Of a stretch of 63,259 bases of DNA, positions 37,271 through 47,612 are shown in pieces; position 1 is the first letter of the stretch, and the number at the start of each line of letters is the position of its first letter. The notes below the pieces were generated by a model. That model worked only from the letters and a program-made list of their open reading frames with translations, was not told where the DNA came from and made no database searches. This DNA comes from a virus. Taxonomy: Duplodnaviria > Caudoviricetes. The position numbers were made by a program, and so were the translations under genes. The DNA lies in the IMG/VR virus record IMGVR_UViG_3300025108_000002, positions 1 through 63,259 of that record, one strand, 5' to 3'.

Positions 37271-38746
37271 TTAGATTCCTTTGAATAATACAAAGTTGTT
37301 AGCAGCTTGAGTTACTAAACATCTTTCTGATAGGAAGTTTACTTCCATAGCATCAAGAGTTGAAGTAAATGCACCACCAGCAGAACCAGTTAACCAAGAC
37401 TTCATTCTTCTGTCGTCAGCTTGTGAAGCTCTGTAACGTACATGTAAGAAAGGTCTACGAATATTAGTTCCTAAGATTTGGTCATATACTGTTGAAGTTC
37501 CAGCAGGAATTAATACACCTTCAATTGAATTAATACCATTGATAGCACCACGTGTAGAAGCGTCATTTAAGTATTTCCAATCAGTTTTGTAAAAATCGTA
37601 AGAACCTCTTCTGAATCCTGAGAATCCAAGGTTAAGAGCCATTTCTTCTGAGTTTTCAAATAAACCAAAAGCAGTTCCTCCAGCGTATCCACCAGAGATG
37701 CTAGCTAGCATATCATCAAAATCAAGAGCAGTTTGTCTTTGTAAGAAAAGCATGTTTTCTTCAATAGCACCTTGAGTATCTAAGTTTTTAAGAATAGCAT
37801 CGAACTCATCAAGACCAGCAGCGGCTGTAAATCCTGATTGTACGTTACCTCTAGCTTGGATAGCAGCAAATAAACCTTCAGATCCTGGGCTTGCAGCAAC
37901 TCCTGCAGCACCACCAACTTGGTTAAATTCAGCTTCTACCATACTCATTTCTAGGTAATCTTCAAAACGTAGTCTTGTTTCAGACTCAGCTTTTAAGTAC
38001 CATAAGTATCCAGATGTTCCGTCTTCAGTTGCAACTTCTACCCATCCAATTTGAGCCATATCAGATCCAGATACTACGTATTGGCTTCTTAATATGATTG
38101 GTGAATTAGAGTATTGAGTAAGCTGAGGATCAACACTTATACGTCCTTGGTTTAAAGCAGCAACGCTACCTTGAACAGTATCAGTTCCTTTTCTGTAATC
38201 AGAACCGTATACAAATACTTTTTTATCTGCAGCAACTGACCATCCGTTTCCAGCAATAAGAGCTACATTATCAAAAGTTTGTACAGTAAGAACTTGAGCA
38301 CCAAGTCCAGAAGCTGCGTAAGCACCAGAATCAGTAACAATAGCTTTAGCTTCAGCTCCAGTTACAGGATCTAAAATAACAATTGTATCATTAATAGAAA
38401 CAACGTTAGCTTGTGCAGCTGGTAAAGTTACAGCTGTATCATTTCCAGCACCTGGTCCAGCAGCTACACCTACACCAGTGTAAGCGATGTGTAATCTATT
38501 TTGTTCAGACCAAATTACTTGATCAGATGTCATTGGCATTTCAGCGCCAACCATACGTAAAAAACCAGATAACGTTCTGTTTCCATAACGCTCTACTTCT
38601 TGTTCGTATACTTCAGGTAAGTATTGTTGTGCAAAGGTGTTTGTATCACCAGCACCACCACCACCATTAAATTGTAGGTAGTTGCTGTTCAATACCTCCT
38701 GAACTTGTGAAGGGATTAACCCTCCGAATTGTGGAGATAAACTCAT
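37271..38746 (-). CDS. Major capsid protein
   Basis: QQYLPEVYEQEVERYG, WSEQNRLH, GSEGLFAAI, LNLGFSGF, FLSERCL; follows portal and scaffold. Confidence 0.85.
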   Translation of the reverse strand: MSLSPQFGGLIPSQVQEVLNSNYLQFNGGGGAGDTNTFAQQYLPEVYEQEVERYGNRTLSGFLRMVGAEMPMTSDQVIWSEQNRLHIAYTGVGVAAGPGAGNDTAVTLPAAQANVVSINDTIVILDPVTGAEAKAIVTDSGAYAASGLGAQVLTVQTFDNVALIAGNGWSVAADKKVFVYGSDYRKGTDTVQGSVAALNQGRISVDPQLTQYSNSPIILRSQYVVSGSDMAQIGWVEVATEDGTSGYLWYLKAESETRLRFEDYLEMSMVEAEFNQVGGAAGVAASPGSEGLFAAIQARGNVQSGFTAAAGLDEFDAILKNLDTQGAIEENMLFLQRQTALDFDDMLASISGGYAGGTAFGLFENSEEMALNLGFSGFRRGSYDFYKTDWKYLNDASTRGAINGINSIEGVLIPAGTSTVYDQILGTNIRRPFLHVRYRASQADDRRMKSWLTGSAGGAFTSTLDAMEVNFLSERCLVTQAANNFVLFKGI

Positions 38747-38762
38747 AATTTTAAGTTTTTAA

Positions 38763-39968
38763 TTAGTTAAATTTTCTTGTTTTTATTTTTAATTTTGTAG
38801 AATCAGCACCACTAATTGATTTTACTTTAAGACCGTTTATAAAAACATTACCTTGTTGAGATCTTGCTTTTGTATCAGTTAAATTCTTTGATTTATTAAC
38901 CACTTCTTTAACTGCGTCGGCTTTACCTTGTTCGTAAAAATGAGCGGCAATCTTATCTACATTTTCAGCAGCATACATAGCTTTGTGATAACCTTTCGTA
39001 TCATTAACATTACCTTCGCTGTCTAGAAACTTTCCGACAAGGTTTGTTAGATTTGATTGGTTTTCAGCAACGTTTTGAGCATTTTGAATATTATATTTAT
39101 ACCTTTTATCTCCAACTTTAATATCGAAACCTTCGAAATCGTCATTAAATAATTTTTTGGTATTTTCTTTAAACTGCTCATGTTGCAACGTAGCCTGTTC
39201 TTGTTGCTTGTTATATCGGTTGAAAAAATCCATAGCTTTTTGTTGTTCCTGAGTGACGCCCGGTCTCAACTTGATCTCGTCGTAATATTTACTCTTTGTT
39301 TCCTCTAAAAAACCTTTGGCTTTTGCAACTTCTTCTTTAAACGCAATTTTCTTTTTGCGTATATCTTTTGGTTCGTCTAAATCTTCATCAAATGAAAAAT
39401 CTTCTAACAAAAGATCAATATCTTCACCTTCTAAATAAGGTTTATTTTTTTTGTAATACTCTTTTAATAATGTTTTATCATCTATTTTAGAATAATCAGT
39501 ATTAAGTCTAGTGTAATCTTCTATAGTTCCACCAGTTTCTTCCATAAAGCTAACTAGTTTTTCTATGTTTTCTGGTAGTTGTTTACCTAAAACCTTTTCA
39601 TCTCTAATAGCTTCTTTAACTTCTGCTTCAACTTGTTTAACTTCAGCTTCTGTTATTTCTTTGATTGCAGAAAACCCTTCAGTAGTCTCGTTGGACTCTT
39701 GTACAGGTTCTTCCACCTTAACGCTATCTCCGGATGATGTATCTCCAGATACTTCTTTTGTTTCTCCGATTTGAATGGCATCTTCTTCTTTTTTTATTTC
39801 AACCTTAGTAATATTATCTGGTACCTCTACTAAAGGTTCTTTTGGATTAACATTTACTTTTGTAATGTTATCTTTTGTTTCTACTAATTTTTTAGGAGTT
39901 GTTTTCTTTTTTAATTTAAACTCACCTTCCTGTTTAACAGGTTCATTTGTTTTTACTTCTTCTGACAT
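38763..39968 (-). CDS. Capsid scaffolding protein
   Basis: Very acidic N-terminus, helical body, HFYEQGKADA; between portal and capsid genes. Confidence 0.75.
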   Translation of the reverse strand: MSEEVKTNEPVKQEGEFKLKKKTTPKKLVETKDNITKVNVNPKEPLVEVPDNITKVEIKKEEDAIQIGETKEVSGDTSSGDSVKVEEPVQESNETTEGFSAIKEITEAEVKQVEAEVKEAIRDEKVLGKQLPENIEKLVSFMEETGGTIEDYTRLNTDYSKIDDKTLLKEYYKKNKPYLEGEDIDLLLEDFSFDEDLDEPKDIRKKKIAFKEEVAKAKGFLEETKSKYYDEIKLRPGVTQEQQKAMDFFNRYNKQQEQATLQHEQFKENTKKLFNDDFEGFDIKVGDKRYKYNIQNAQNVAENQSNLTNLVGKFLDSEGNVNDTKGYHKAMYAAENVDKIAAHFYEQGKADAVKEVVNKSKNLTDTKARSQQGNVFINGLKVKSISGADSTKLKIKTRKFN

Positions 39969-40001
39969 AATATAATATAATTAAATAATTAATAATACAG
40001 T

Positions 40002-42392
40002 TTAAATAACTGTAGGAAACGGCTGAAGGCTATTTTCTGTTTCAAAATCAATAGGTCCTGTGTCGTTTTTTCTTTGGCTTATCATTTCACTCTGTTGAGT
40101 TGCTTGAATTTTTGTTCTTTTATCTTTTCTGTTTTCTATTCTATTTTCTTTTGCCTCCATGCTTTTTACGTCCATTTGCTTCAACTGCATGTCGTATTGA
40201 AATTGCTGTTGTAGTCTTTGTTGCTCTATTTGAGCAGCGATTTGCATACGTTCAATTTCCATTTGGCTTTTAGCTTGTTCGTATTGAACATTAGCACCTG
40301 ATATAGCTTCTTGTTTTTGAACTTCTGCCATAGCTGTTTTTTCTGCAGTGTCCGCTTGAGCAGCAGCTTGAGCTTGTATATTAGCTTGCTGAGACTGTTG
40401 GTCTTGGATCATTTTTTGCTTACGTTTTATTTTAAGCATTTGGTTTGCTAGTTTAAGATTTTTAATTTGTCTTAAATCTATAGCGTCTTCAAGATCTATA
40501 CCACCTGATTGTAAAGCTACTTGTATATTTTCTTCTAATTTTGCTTGTTCTTCTTCATCTGGTTCTAGTTCTAAAAATATACCAAAATCATGTAGATTTA
40601 AATTATTAACTTCTTGTAAAGTTTCAACATTATAAGTTGATATGGAATTTTCTAAAGCTTGTCTCGTTAATGGAAACTCTAAAGCATCTGAAACTTTTAA
40701 AGCAATATTTTCTGCTATTTTTAAAGTTAAATATAAACTAGACTGTTTGATGTGTCTAGTTGCTACATTAGAAGCATTAGCCGCTATTTTTTGCAACCCA
40801 ACAAGTGTTTGTTTGTCAGGCGTACTACCATCTCTAGCCTCATTAAGTCCTGTCACATCACGTATCATTTGTAAATAATACTGATAAGTAGTTATTAGAC
40901 TTTGTATTTTTGCTTGACCATTAGAACTATTTAATTCTTGTATAGGTACTTTACCGTGATTAAACTCGCCATCTTGTGTCATTGATCTACCTACAATAGA
41001 ACCAGTTTGAAAATACATATTAAGCGCTTCGGCAGGATTATAATTAGTACCATTGCCCAGGTCAACTTCCGCAAGCCCATCCATGTCTAAATAAACGCCA
41101 TCTGGCACCATTCGAGATAAAACTTGTTGTAATTTTAAATGAGTTAATTGTATTATATCAGCAAAGCCAACACACTTACTTACTAAAGATTCTATTTTAC
41201 CTTTGTATATTCTAGGCGCACATATAGCGTAATTCATTTCTACTTTTGTAGTATCCGCGTAAGGTCTAGACATGTTTTCTGCTAACTCCCATTTTAAAAG
41301 AGTATTTGTTCCTAAAACCTTAGCTCCGCTATATAAAACCTCTATAGATCTTGATACTCTTTCAAAGTTATCATTTTCAGGTGGATTAAAACTATCATCT
41401 TTTTCAATAGCTTTCATTAAACCTTGATCTGTTTGTTTTATTTTAAATACTTGATTGTGATATGTTTTGTAATCAAAATATAACACTTGAACTGTATTTT
41501 CGTCGTAATCACCCCAACCAGTAACATAAGATTTGTTACCAGGCATAGCTTGTATTCTCTTTAACTCATCTTCACTGATATCTGGAAACTCTTTTTTTAA
41601 CTCTGGGATTGTTATAGCTTTTAACTCACCTACATAGTATATGTCTTCAAAATTTGGATCTTCTGTATAAGAATGCACAATATAAGCAGGATCAACGTAA
41701 TCTATAGTAACTCCATTAGCTGTGTTAAAGTTAGTTTTAGCAGCAGCAATACCGCAAACTGTCAAGTCCATGTTTAACCTGCGTCTCACTAAGTCGTATT
41801 TGTTTTGAGCTAATATAGAAGATATAGCCTCTTCTTCTGCTATTTCAACTGATTGTTTATAACTTAATTGCATATGAAGTTCTAGTTGCTCAGCTGTTTC
41901 TGGAATTACTTTTTTATTAGGTGATTGATATAAATCAACTCCTAGTGTGTTTTTTAAACTATCAAGATATTCTTTAGCAAGCATGTCTTCTTGAAGTCTA
42001 GAAGCGTACTCTGTTCTTTTTCTTATAGATTCTGGATCTTGAGAATATGCTTTTATGTCATAACTTTTAGAAGAAATACCATTAACTACAATGTCAACAA
42101 ATTTTGATAAAATAGGAACTGGCTTCCAGTCTAAATTAAGATAAGACAAATCGCCATTAATAGACAATTCATCTTTGTATTTTTGTATGCTTTGTTCTCC
42201 TCTTGCGTATTGACGAAGTTGATGATAATTGTTCCAATTAGTTAAATATCTATTGCCACTAGTTCTGCCTCGACCAAACCACTCTTGTTCTATTGCTTGT
42301 GCAACTTGAGATCCGTACTCCCAACTTGCTTTTTCAGCAGTGCTTACAACTTGGCTAGGAAAAGCGCTATTAGTGTTAGTATATATGTTCAT
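40002..42392 (-). CDS. Portal protein
   Basis: Follows terL; LDWKPVPILSKFVDIVVNG, IRDVTGLNEARDG, Q-rich C-terminal coil. Confidence 0.9.
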   Translation of the reverse strand: MNIYTNTNSAFPSQVVSTAEKASWEYGSQVAQAIEQEWFGRGRTSGNRYLTNWNNYHQLRQYARGEQSIQKYKDELSINGDLSYLNLDWKPVPILSKFVDIVVNGISSKSYDIKAYSQDPESIRKRTEYASRLQEDMLAKEYLDSLKNTLGVDLYQSPNKKVIPETAEQLELHMQLSYKQSVEIAEEEAISSILAQNKYDLVRRRLNMDLTVCGIAAAKTNFNTANGVTIDYVDPAYIVHSYTEDPNFEDIYYVGELKAITIPELKKEFPDISEDELKRIQAMPGNKSYVTGWGDYDENTVQVLYFDYKTYHNQVFKIKQTDQGLMKAIEKDDSFNPPENDNFERVSRSIEVLYSGAKVLGTNTLLKWELAENMSRPYADTTKVEMNYAICAPRIYKGKIESLVSKCVGFADIIQLTHLKLQQVLSRMVPDGVYLDMDGLAEVDLGNGTNYNPAEALNMYFQTGSIVGRSMTQDGEFNHGKVPIQELNSSNGQAKIQSLITTYQYYLQMIRDVTGLNEARDGSTPDKQTLVGLQKIAANASNVATRHIKQSSLYLTLKIAENIALKVSDALEFPLTRQALENSISTYNVETLQEVNNLNLHDFGIFLELEPDEEEQAKLEENIQVALQSGGIDLEDAIDLRQIKNLKLANQMLKIKRKQKMIQDQQSQQANIQAQAAAQADTAEKTAMAEVQKQEAISGANVQYEQAKSQMEIERMQIAAQIEQQRLQQQFQYDMQLKQMDVKSMEAKENRIENRKDKRTKIQATQQSEMISQRKNDTGPIDFETENSLQPFPTVI

Positions 42393-44612
42393 TTAAATAA
42401 TTTTTGATGTAATTCCTTTGTTATCGTATTTTTTAAAACCTAAGTCTACAGATTTTAATTCTCTTTTAGCTTGAGGTAAATATCTATGCTTGTTGCAAGC
42501 CATTAAAGCTAAACCTGTACTGATAGAAGCATCATGTTTAGTTCTATTATTTATATTAAATGTAGCCCAGTCTTCTAAGGTTTTTTGAAAATACATATCG
42601 CCATATCCATTTTCTCTTAGTCCAACAAAATGTTCTATGTATGTTTCTATAGCAGCTGCGTGTGCTTGTTTAATGTCTTCACTTGAATTAGGTATACCAC
42701 CTATCTCTCTTTCTGTAACAGATAATTTATTTCTTTTTTTATCTGGTCTATTCATTGCGTAACCTCTATATCCTCTTCTTTTAAAATGATATAGTAATCT
42801 AGGTTTATTATTTTCTACTAATATTGGCATACCGTAAAAAACACAAGCCATAAGTACATCTTCAAAAAATATTTCAGCAGTTTGTGGTCTAGCTATATAT
42901 TCTAAAAAGAAATGATTAGGCGGAACGTCCATCATGCTAAACTTAGTTAAACCATGTAATGAACCGTTAGATCCCTTACCATCAACCGTTCCTGATATAT
43001 CATAAGGATCACAACCAAAAGCTCCTAGTGATTCATTTCCTGGATAATTAACTCCATTTTTTATATATCTTACGTTTTGCATTTCTAACGGCGGAACCCA
43101 AGTTATTTTAAATCTACCGTTTTTGTTTGGCATAAATATAACTCTAGTATCTTTTTTAGCATCTTCCCATTGAAAACTACCTGTAGTTATAGCTAATTCA
43201 TTTTTAGAATCTTCATTAAAATCTATTTGTTGGTAAATCTTAGTTAAGTTAAATAAAGATTCTTTTGACTCATCTCTAAAAGCGTGTTTTGTAGTTCTTG
43301 GAAATTGTCTATAAAATTCATTTAAACCATCTTGATCGTCTTTAAGTCCTTCTACTTCGTTTTTCCAATATTCTATTACACCTATTTTTATTTTATCACC
43401 TTGTGGTCCTTCAATAGGTTTTTTTGGTGTGTCGAATACAGGTAAGCCATAAGAATCAATGTATCCCTCGTAGTTCCATTCCATAGGTATGAACAAAGAA
43501 TAGAGTCCTGAGCGAGTCTGTCCGTTGCTGTTTCTTTTGGTAACGTCTGAATCATCATACAATTTCTTAAAGTTTCTACCACCTTTATCTAAAGCGTTAG
43601 ATGTTGATCCCATCATACACTTACCAATAATTCTAGAACCTAGTCTTAAGGTTGTTTTCGTAACCCTCCAGTTGTTGAGGATGTTGTTCGGCCTTTCCCA
43701 TTTACCGCTCTCATCGTGGACGAGGAGTTTGAGTTTCTCACCATCGTAGGAGTTGTCACCCGTGTTCTTCCAGTCGATTGTGGTGTCCAAGCCCTGGAGT
43801 TCGCCCTGTAAGGTTTCGTCTGTGGTCGTGGCGGTAAGTTTACGACGGGTGTACTTGGTTGCGGGGACACGATAGGCAAGCTCGGTCTTGGGCCTGTCCA
43901 TACCGTCCTGGGTCGGCTTGAAAAAGAATGGGTAATTAACGGATATCGGTACCACCTTGTCTGTAAACATCTTCTTCGCATCAGGTCCAGTCTTAGATAA
44001 TACTCCATATCTAGAGTCGGAGGATATTGTAGCCAAGTTGACCACCTCTCCTGAGGCCATAAATGAAAAACCGGAACGTCTGTTCTTAAGGTAGCACAGT
44101 CCATAGGATCGTATATCGGCCTTGCAAGCCTCCCAGAAAATGAAGAATAATCTATTTGATTCCCGAAAGTCTGGTGCCCCAACGTCAATTTTGCTCCACT
44201 GCAAGTACATGTAATGAGTACCAGTAAGGTAAGTAGCAACGCTTTTGTTATAAAACCAAAAACCTTCCTCCCTACGGGTAAACTCTTTATCAATGTAATC
44301 ATACCATTTTTCTTTAAAATCTTGTGGATATTGCTTCCAGTCGAACGTTGTTTTTATCTTGCTTAAAACCTTAGGATATTCAGTTTTATTCCATTTGTTA
44401 TTATCAAACGTATGAATATCTTTCTTTTCAGGCAAAGCTATTTTTAGGTTTTGTATTTCATAAACCTCTCCAATTTTACCGGTTTTACTTATCACAACCA
44501 TGTCGTGATCTTCGTTGTAACCGTATTCCCACTTGTTATACCTATTCATTCTTTTAAGAACCTTAGGTTTTATGTGGTCGGGTAATACTTTATATAGAGT
44601 TTGTTGATACAT
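42393..44612 (-). CDS. terL: Terminase large subunit
   Basis: KNRRSGFS (Walker A variant), LVHDESGKW (Walker B), GSTSN, FGCDPYD, ENNK, HDASIS. Confidence 0.93.
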   Translation of the reverse strand: MYQQTLYKVLPDHIKPKVLKRMNRYNKWEYGYNEDHDMVVISKTGKIGEVYEIQNLKIALPEKKDIHTFDNNKWNKTEYPKVLSKIKTTFDWKQYPQDFKEKWYDYIDKEFTRREEGFWFYNKSVATYLTGTHYMYLQWSKIDVGAPDFRESNRLFFIFWEACKADIRSYGLCYLKNRRSGFSFMASGEVVNLATISSDSRYGVLSKTGPDAKKMFTDKVVPISVNYPFFFKPTQDGMDRPKTELAYRVPATKYTRRKLTATTTDETLQGELQGLDTTIDWKNTGDNSYDGEKLKLLVHDESGKWERPNNILNNWRVTKTTLRLGSRIIGKCMMGSTSNALDKGGRNFKKLYDDSDVTKRNSNGQTRSGLYSLFIPMEWNYEGYIDSYGLPVFDTPKKPIEGPQGDKIKIGVIEYWKNEVEGLKDDQDGLNEFYRQFPRTTKHAFRDESKESLFNLTKIYQQIDFNEDSKNELAITTGSFQWEDAKKDTRVIFMPNKNGRFKITWVPPLEMQNVRYIKNGVNYPGNESLGAFGCDPYDISGTVDGKGSNGSLHGLTKFSMMDVPPNHFFLEYIARPQTAEIFFEDVLMACVFYGMPILVENNKPRLLYHFKRRGYRGYAMNRPDKKRNKLSVTEREIGGIPNSSEDIKQAHAAAIETYIEHFVGLRENGYGDMYFQKTLEDWATFNINNRTKHDASISTGLALMACNKHRYLPQAKRELKSVDLGFKKYDNKGITSKII
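43646..44302 (-). CDS. Overprinted lipoprotein-like protein in the +1 frame of terL
   Basis: 218 stop-free codons; RK, hydrophobic LLLTLLVLI, then CTCSG; P/T/S/R-rich tail; local shift of terL to C/G-ending codons. Confidence 0.65.
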   Translation of the reverse strand: MITLIKSLPVGRKVFGFITKALLLTLLVLITCTCSGAKLTLGHQTFGNQIDYSSFSGRLARPIYDPMDCATLRTDVPVFHLWPQERWSTWLQYPPTLDMEYYLRLDLMRRRCLQTRWYRYPLITHSFSSRPRTVWTGPRPSLPIVSPQPSTPVVNLPPRPQTKPYRANSRAWTPQSTGRTRVTTPTMVRNSNSSSTMRAVNGKGRTTSSTTGGLRKQP

Positions 44613-44887
44613 TATTTTTTAGATCTACCTTCTGCAAAGCCTTTAAAATTACTTTGCTTTATTTCTTTTGGTTTTTCATCTAACATATCCTGCTCTTCTT
44701 GTATTCTATTTAATATTTCAAAAGCATCAAATATTGCTAATTTTTTTGTTGCTGCTGCATTTTTAAGTCTGTCAGCAGATATATCATCATCTGAATCTAC
44801 AATAGGTTCTTTAGCTACCTTTATCAACTCCTCAACTGCTATTTGCCCAGCTTGGATTATATTTTTCTTCGTCTCCTTGGTTTTCAT
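44612..44887 (-). CDS. Probable terminase small subunit
   Basis: Small helical protein directly upstream of terL. Confidence 0.6.
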   Translation of the reverse strand: MKTKETKKNIIQAGQIAVEELIKVAKEPIVDSDDDISADRLKNAAATKKLAIFDAFEILNRIQEEQDMLDEKPKEIKQSNFKGFAEGRSKK

Positions 44888-45437
44888 ACTTAATTACAAT
44901 ATCATTTGATTTCATACAATAAAGTCTTTCGTTATTAACTAAAAACTCCCATTCACCATTTGGTGTATAGCCAACTAAGTCGCCAGGAGTTATTTCTAGC
45001 TTGTTTAACGAGCTATTGCCATACTTTAGTATACCAATAAGACTACGCTCTTTATCTAGTGTTAGATCTTGATTATCTTTTATAGGTTGTATAAAACATC
45101 TATCGCCAAACGAGTGATAACCTTTATTATTTTTATATAAATAAATTTGATCTATAGCACAAAAATATAAATTATCTTTAAAATAAGATCTACTTTTTTT
45201 CTTAACACCTTTCATGTCGTAAAATGTTCTAAAAACATTTTGATGCACAACTATTAAATCACCTTCTTTTATTAGTGTCTTAATAGCTAGTGGTGTTTTG
45301 ACAACCTTAGCTATTCTGTTTACAAATTTCCAGTTTTCTATTTTAGTGTTAACTACTAGTTCTTTGTTACCCACTTTCACCGTGTTACTGTATTTTTCAC
45401 CTACAGGTTTTACGATAAAGTCATATAAACTGTTCAT
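44832..45437 (-). CDS. GroES-like protein
   Basis: YDFIVKP...IKEGDLIVVH and GDRCFIQP...PGDLVGY resemble two GroES-type units. Confidence 0.55.
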   Translation of the reverse strand: MNSLYDFIVKPVGEKYSNTVKVGNKELVVNTKIENWKFVNRIAKVVKTPLAIKTLIKEGDLIVVHQNVFRTFYDMKGVKKKSRSYFKDNLYFCAIDQIYLYKNNKGYHSFGDRCFIQPIKDNQDLTLDKERSLIGILKYGNSSLNKLEITPGDLVGYTPNGEWEFLVNNERLYCMKSNDIVIKYENQGDEEKYNPSWANSS

Positions 45438-45664
45438 TAATATTGCAGATCGTATTCTACTGATATTGCCATGTTAGAGTTAAATTTCTTCCAAGGCAAT
45501 ACTTCGTTGCTTTTCTTTATATGTATATTATAAGAATTATCTGAATCTTCAAAAAGTATATGAGATATTTCATGACCACCATAAACCTGTTGACCTACTG
45601 AATAATGCATGGCGTCATTCTTGTAGTCAGATCCAATACTAATTTTTCTAATATTACTCGGCAT
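45437..45664 (-). CDS. Hypothetical protein
   Basis: Coupled ORF IRKISIGSDYKNDAMHY. Confidence 0.75.
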   Translation of the reverse strand: MPSNIRKISIGSDYKNDAMHYSVGQQVYGGHEISHILFEDSDNSYNIHIKKSNEVLPWKKFNSNMAISVEYDLQY

Positions 45665-45902
45665 CTTCTTTTTCTATATCAGTATAAGATCCGTCTTTAA
45701 GATCAATATTAATTGAGCCGTATTCGTCTTCTAGTTCTTTTTTAGTATTTTCAATTTCAGCACTAAGTTTGTCAATTCTAGAGTGTGCATTCATTTTTTG
45801 TACTTCAATAACACCAATTGATCTTAGTAATCCATTTAACTGAGTTTGTTGCTCATTAACTAATTTTAGTTGAGCTTCTTTTATTTTTTTAGCTTTTGCC
45901 AT
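45654..45902 (-). CDS. Hypothetical coiled-coil protein
   Basis: Coiled coil ending YGSINIDLKDG. Confidence 0.75.
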   Translation of the reverse strand: MAKAKKIKEAQLKLVNEQQTQLNGLLRSIGVIEVQKMNAHSRIDKLSAEIENTKKELEDEYGSINIDLKDGSYTDIEKEDAE

Positions 45903-45936
45903 AATTTAATTTAATTTAATTGTTATTATATATTTA

Positions 45937-45964
45937 TATAGTCACCTATATATTAACTATTTAC
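45937..45964 (-). promoter_or_regulatory. Class II promoter-like motif
   Basis: GTAAA-N14-GTGACTATA ahead of the packaging/head operon. Confidence 0.55.
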
Positions 45965-46529
45965 ATATAACTATATCAGCTTCTACTATTCCTGTGCCAA
46001 ACCCTGTAACATAATCTACAGCCACTGGTAAAAATGATCCAGCTTGTATTTCTTTGAATGTTATAGCTTGTGCTACAACTGGTACGCCACCATTAACCGC
46101 TGTTATTACGGCTGTTGCTCCTCCAGCGCCACCGCCCGCTTCAGTAACAGTGATAATGTCGCCAGGATTATAACCAGATCCAGCGTCTACAATAGCTAAA
46201 GACTGTATAACCCCACCTGTTTGTGTTATAGCTACAGTTAAACCTTGAGCCATATTATTAGAACATGTTGTTGTTGCGGTTACAGTAGTGTAAGCAGCGC
46301 CTCCTGATGTTAGACTTAGTGAGCTAACAGAATTTAAACTAGTTCCAGCTAATATAACGTCTAGATCTCCTGTTTTTTGCATGTATATTATGGAGCTACA
46401 TAGATTAGTACCTAAAACTCCTGATTGATTTTCAAAAACCCACGCTGGTTTACCGTTAGGAGTTCCTGTTTTACCTACAGGTCTCATAGCTTTGCCAGCT
46501 ATACTGTCACTTATTGGAAATTTACCCAT
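45957..46529 (-). CDS. Putative structural protein
   Basis: G/T/A-rich beta repeats (AGSGYNPGDIITV), GSFLPV. Confidence 0.65.
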   Translation of the reverse strand: MGKFPISDSIAGKAMRPVGKTGTPNGKPAWVFENQSGVLGTNLCSSIIYMQKTGDLDVILAGTSLNSVSSLSLTSGGAAYTTVTATTTCSNNMAQGLTVAITQTGGVIQSLAIVDAGSGYNPGDIITVTEAGGGAGGATAVITAVNGGVPVVAQAITFKEIQAGSFLPVAVDYVTGFGTGIVEADIVICK

Positions 46530-46533
46530 TTTT

Positions 46534-46932
46534 TTATTTATTACTTATTGATTTATATTTCTCAAAACCACGTGATCCAAAGTAAGCCACGTATACGGTT
46601 GTTAATAGTTGTTTTAATAATTCTATCCATTCTTGTTCTACAGTAAAAGATATTTCGTGATGACTATCAACCCATATAAAAGCTATAGCCATAAACGATA
46701 AGAATATAAGCGCCATAGGACGCGTGTTTTTACTAAGCCAAGAGTCAGATGTCATATCTGATTCCCAACGTTTTGTGATTTGATCTTCAGCTGTAGCGGC
46801 TGCTTTCTCAACTATAACCTGTATGTCTTTTTTGATTTGAAGTTTTTCCTCTTCAGTGGTTGTTAGTTTATCGATAACTTCACCAACATCTTTGATTACG
46901 TTACCGCTTAACCATTGCCAGATTTTTTTCAT
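46534..46932 (-). CDS. Holin (3TM holin family-like)
   Basis: RWESDMTSDSWLSKNTRP, two TM segments, YFGSRGFEK. Confidence 0.75.
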   Translation of the reverse strand: MKKIWQWLSGNVIKDVGEVIDKLTTTEEEKLQIKKDIQVIVEKAAATAEDQITKRWESDMTSDSWLSKNTRPMALIFLSFMAIAFIWVDSHHEISFTVEQEWIELLKQLLTTVYVAYFGSRGFEKYKSISNK

Positions 46933-46942
46933 CGATCTTTAT

Positions 46943-47146
46943 TTAAATTTTTGTTTCTATCACATATTTAGCTCCTGGAAAAGTATAATCATATCCAGGA
47001 TACATAACCTTCGTATAACCTCTATCGTCTGTTCCTAGTACTTTAAAATTAACACCTTTCATTGTTATTTTATTTCCTTGTATTATATTTTGATGTTTAT
47101 TTACATCAGGACTATCACTTAGATAACCTTTTTCTGAAAAATTCAT
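46943..47146 (-). CDS. Hypothetical protein
   Basis: ITMKGV..VLGTDDRG..KVMYPG.DYTFPG. Confidence 0.7.
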   Translation of the reverse strand: MNFSEKGYLSDSPDVNKHQNIIQGNKITMKGVNFKVLGTDDRGYTKVMYPGYDYTFPGAKYVIETKI

Positions 47147-47454
47147 TATGCGTTTTTATATGCTTCAGCTTCCCATGGTAAGTTTTTAGCACCTTCTTCC
47201 ATGTCAGCTCGTGAATATTTTTTACCTTTCCAGTACACAAAATTATCGTCGTAATTTAAATCACCACGTTTCATTTGATCTAAATGCACTTTTTCATGCG
47301 CAATAACTTCCGCACACTCAGATGGATCTAAATCTTTATTTAAAATTATAGTTCCATTGTTGTTCGCTTTACCCATAACGCCGTCTTCCATATCTACATT
47401 GTAAACTGGAGTATTATCAATTTTATAAGGAGGATTGCTAAGTTTAAAAGCCAT
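47146..47454 (-). CDS. Small zincin-like metallopeptidase
   Basis: VIAHEKVH (HExxH) and PWEAEAY. Confidence 0.65.
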   Translation of the reverse strand: MAFKLSNPPYKIDNTPVYNVDMEDGVMGKANNNGTIILNKDLDPSECAEVIAHEKVHLDQMKRGDLNYDDNFVYWKGKKYSRADMEEGAKNLPWEAEAYKNA

Positions 47455-47456
47455 AG

Positions 47457-47612
47457 TTATTTTTTATATGGAAACATTTTATTTAATGCTCCTTTTCTAG
47501 CAGCACAACCGCAAGGGATATTTAACCCCTTGCTAACTGTGTCTACCATTTTTTTAATACCAGTAGCTTTAGTAAACTTTTCTATATCGTCTCCTAAACC
47601 TGTTGATCTCAT
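47457..47612 (-). CDS. Small CGC-motif protein (51 aa)
   Basis: GLGDDIEKFTKATGIK...PCGCAARKGALN; TAATG coupling. Confidence 0.7.
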   Translation of the reverse strand: MRSTGLGDDIEKFTKATGIKKMVDTVSKGLNIPCGCAARKGALNKMFPYKK

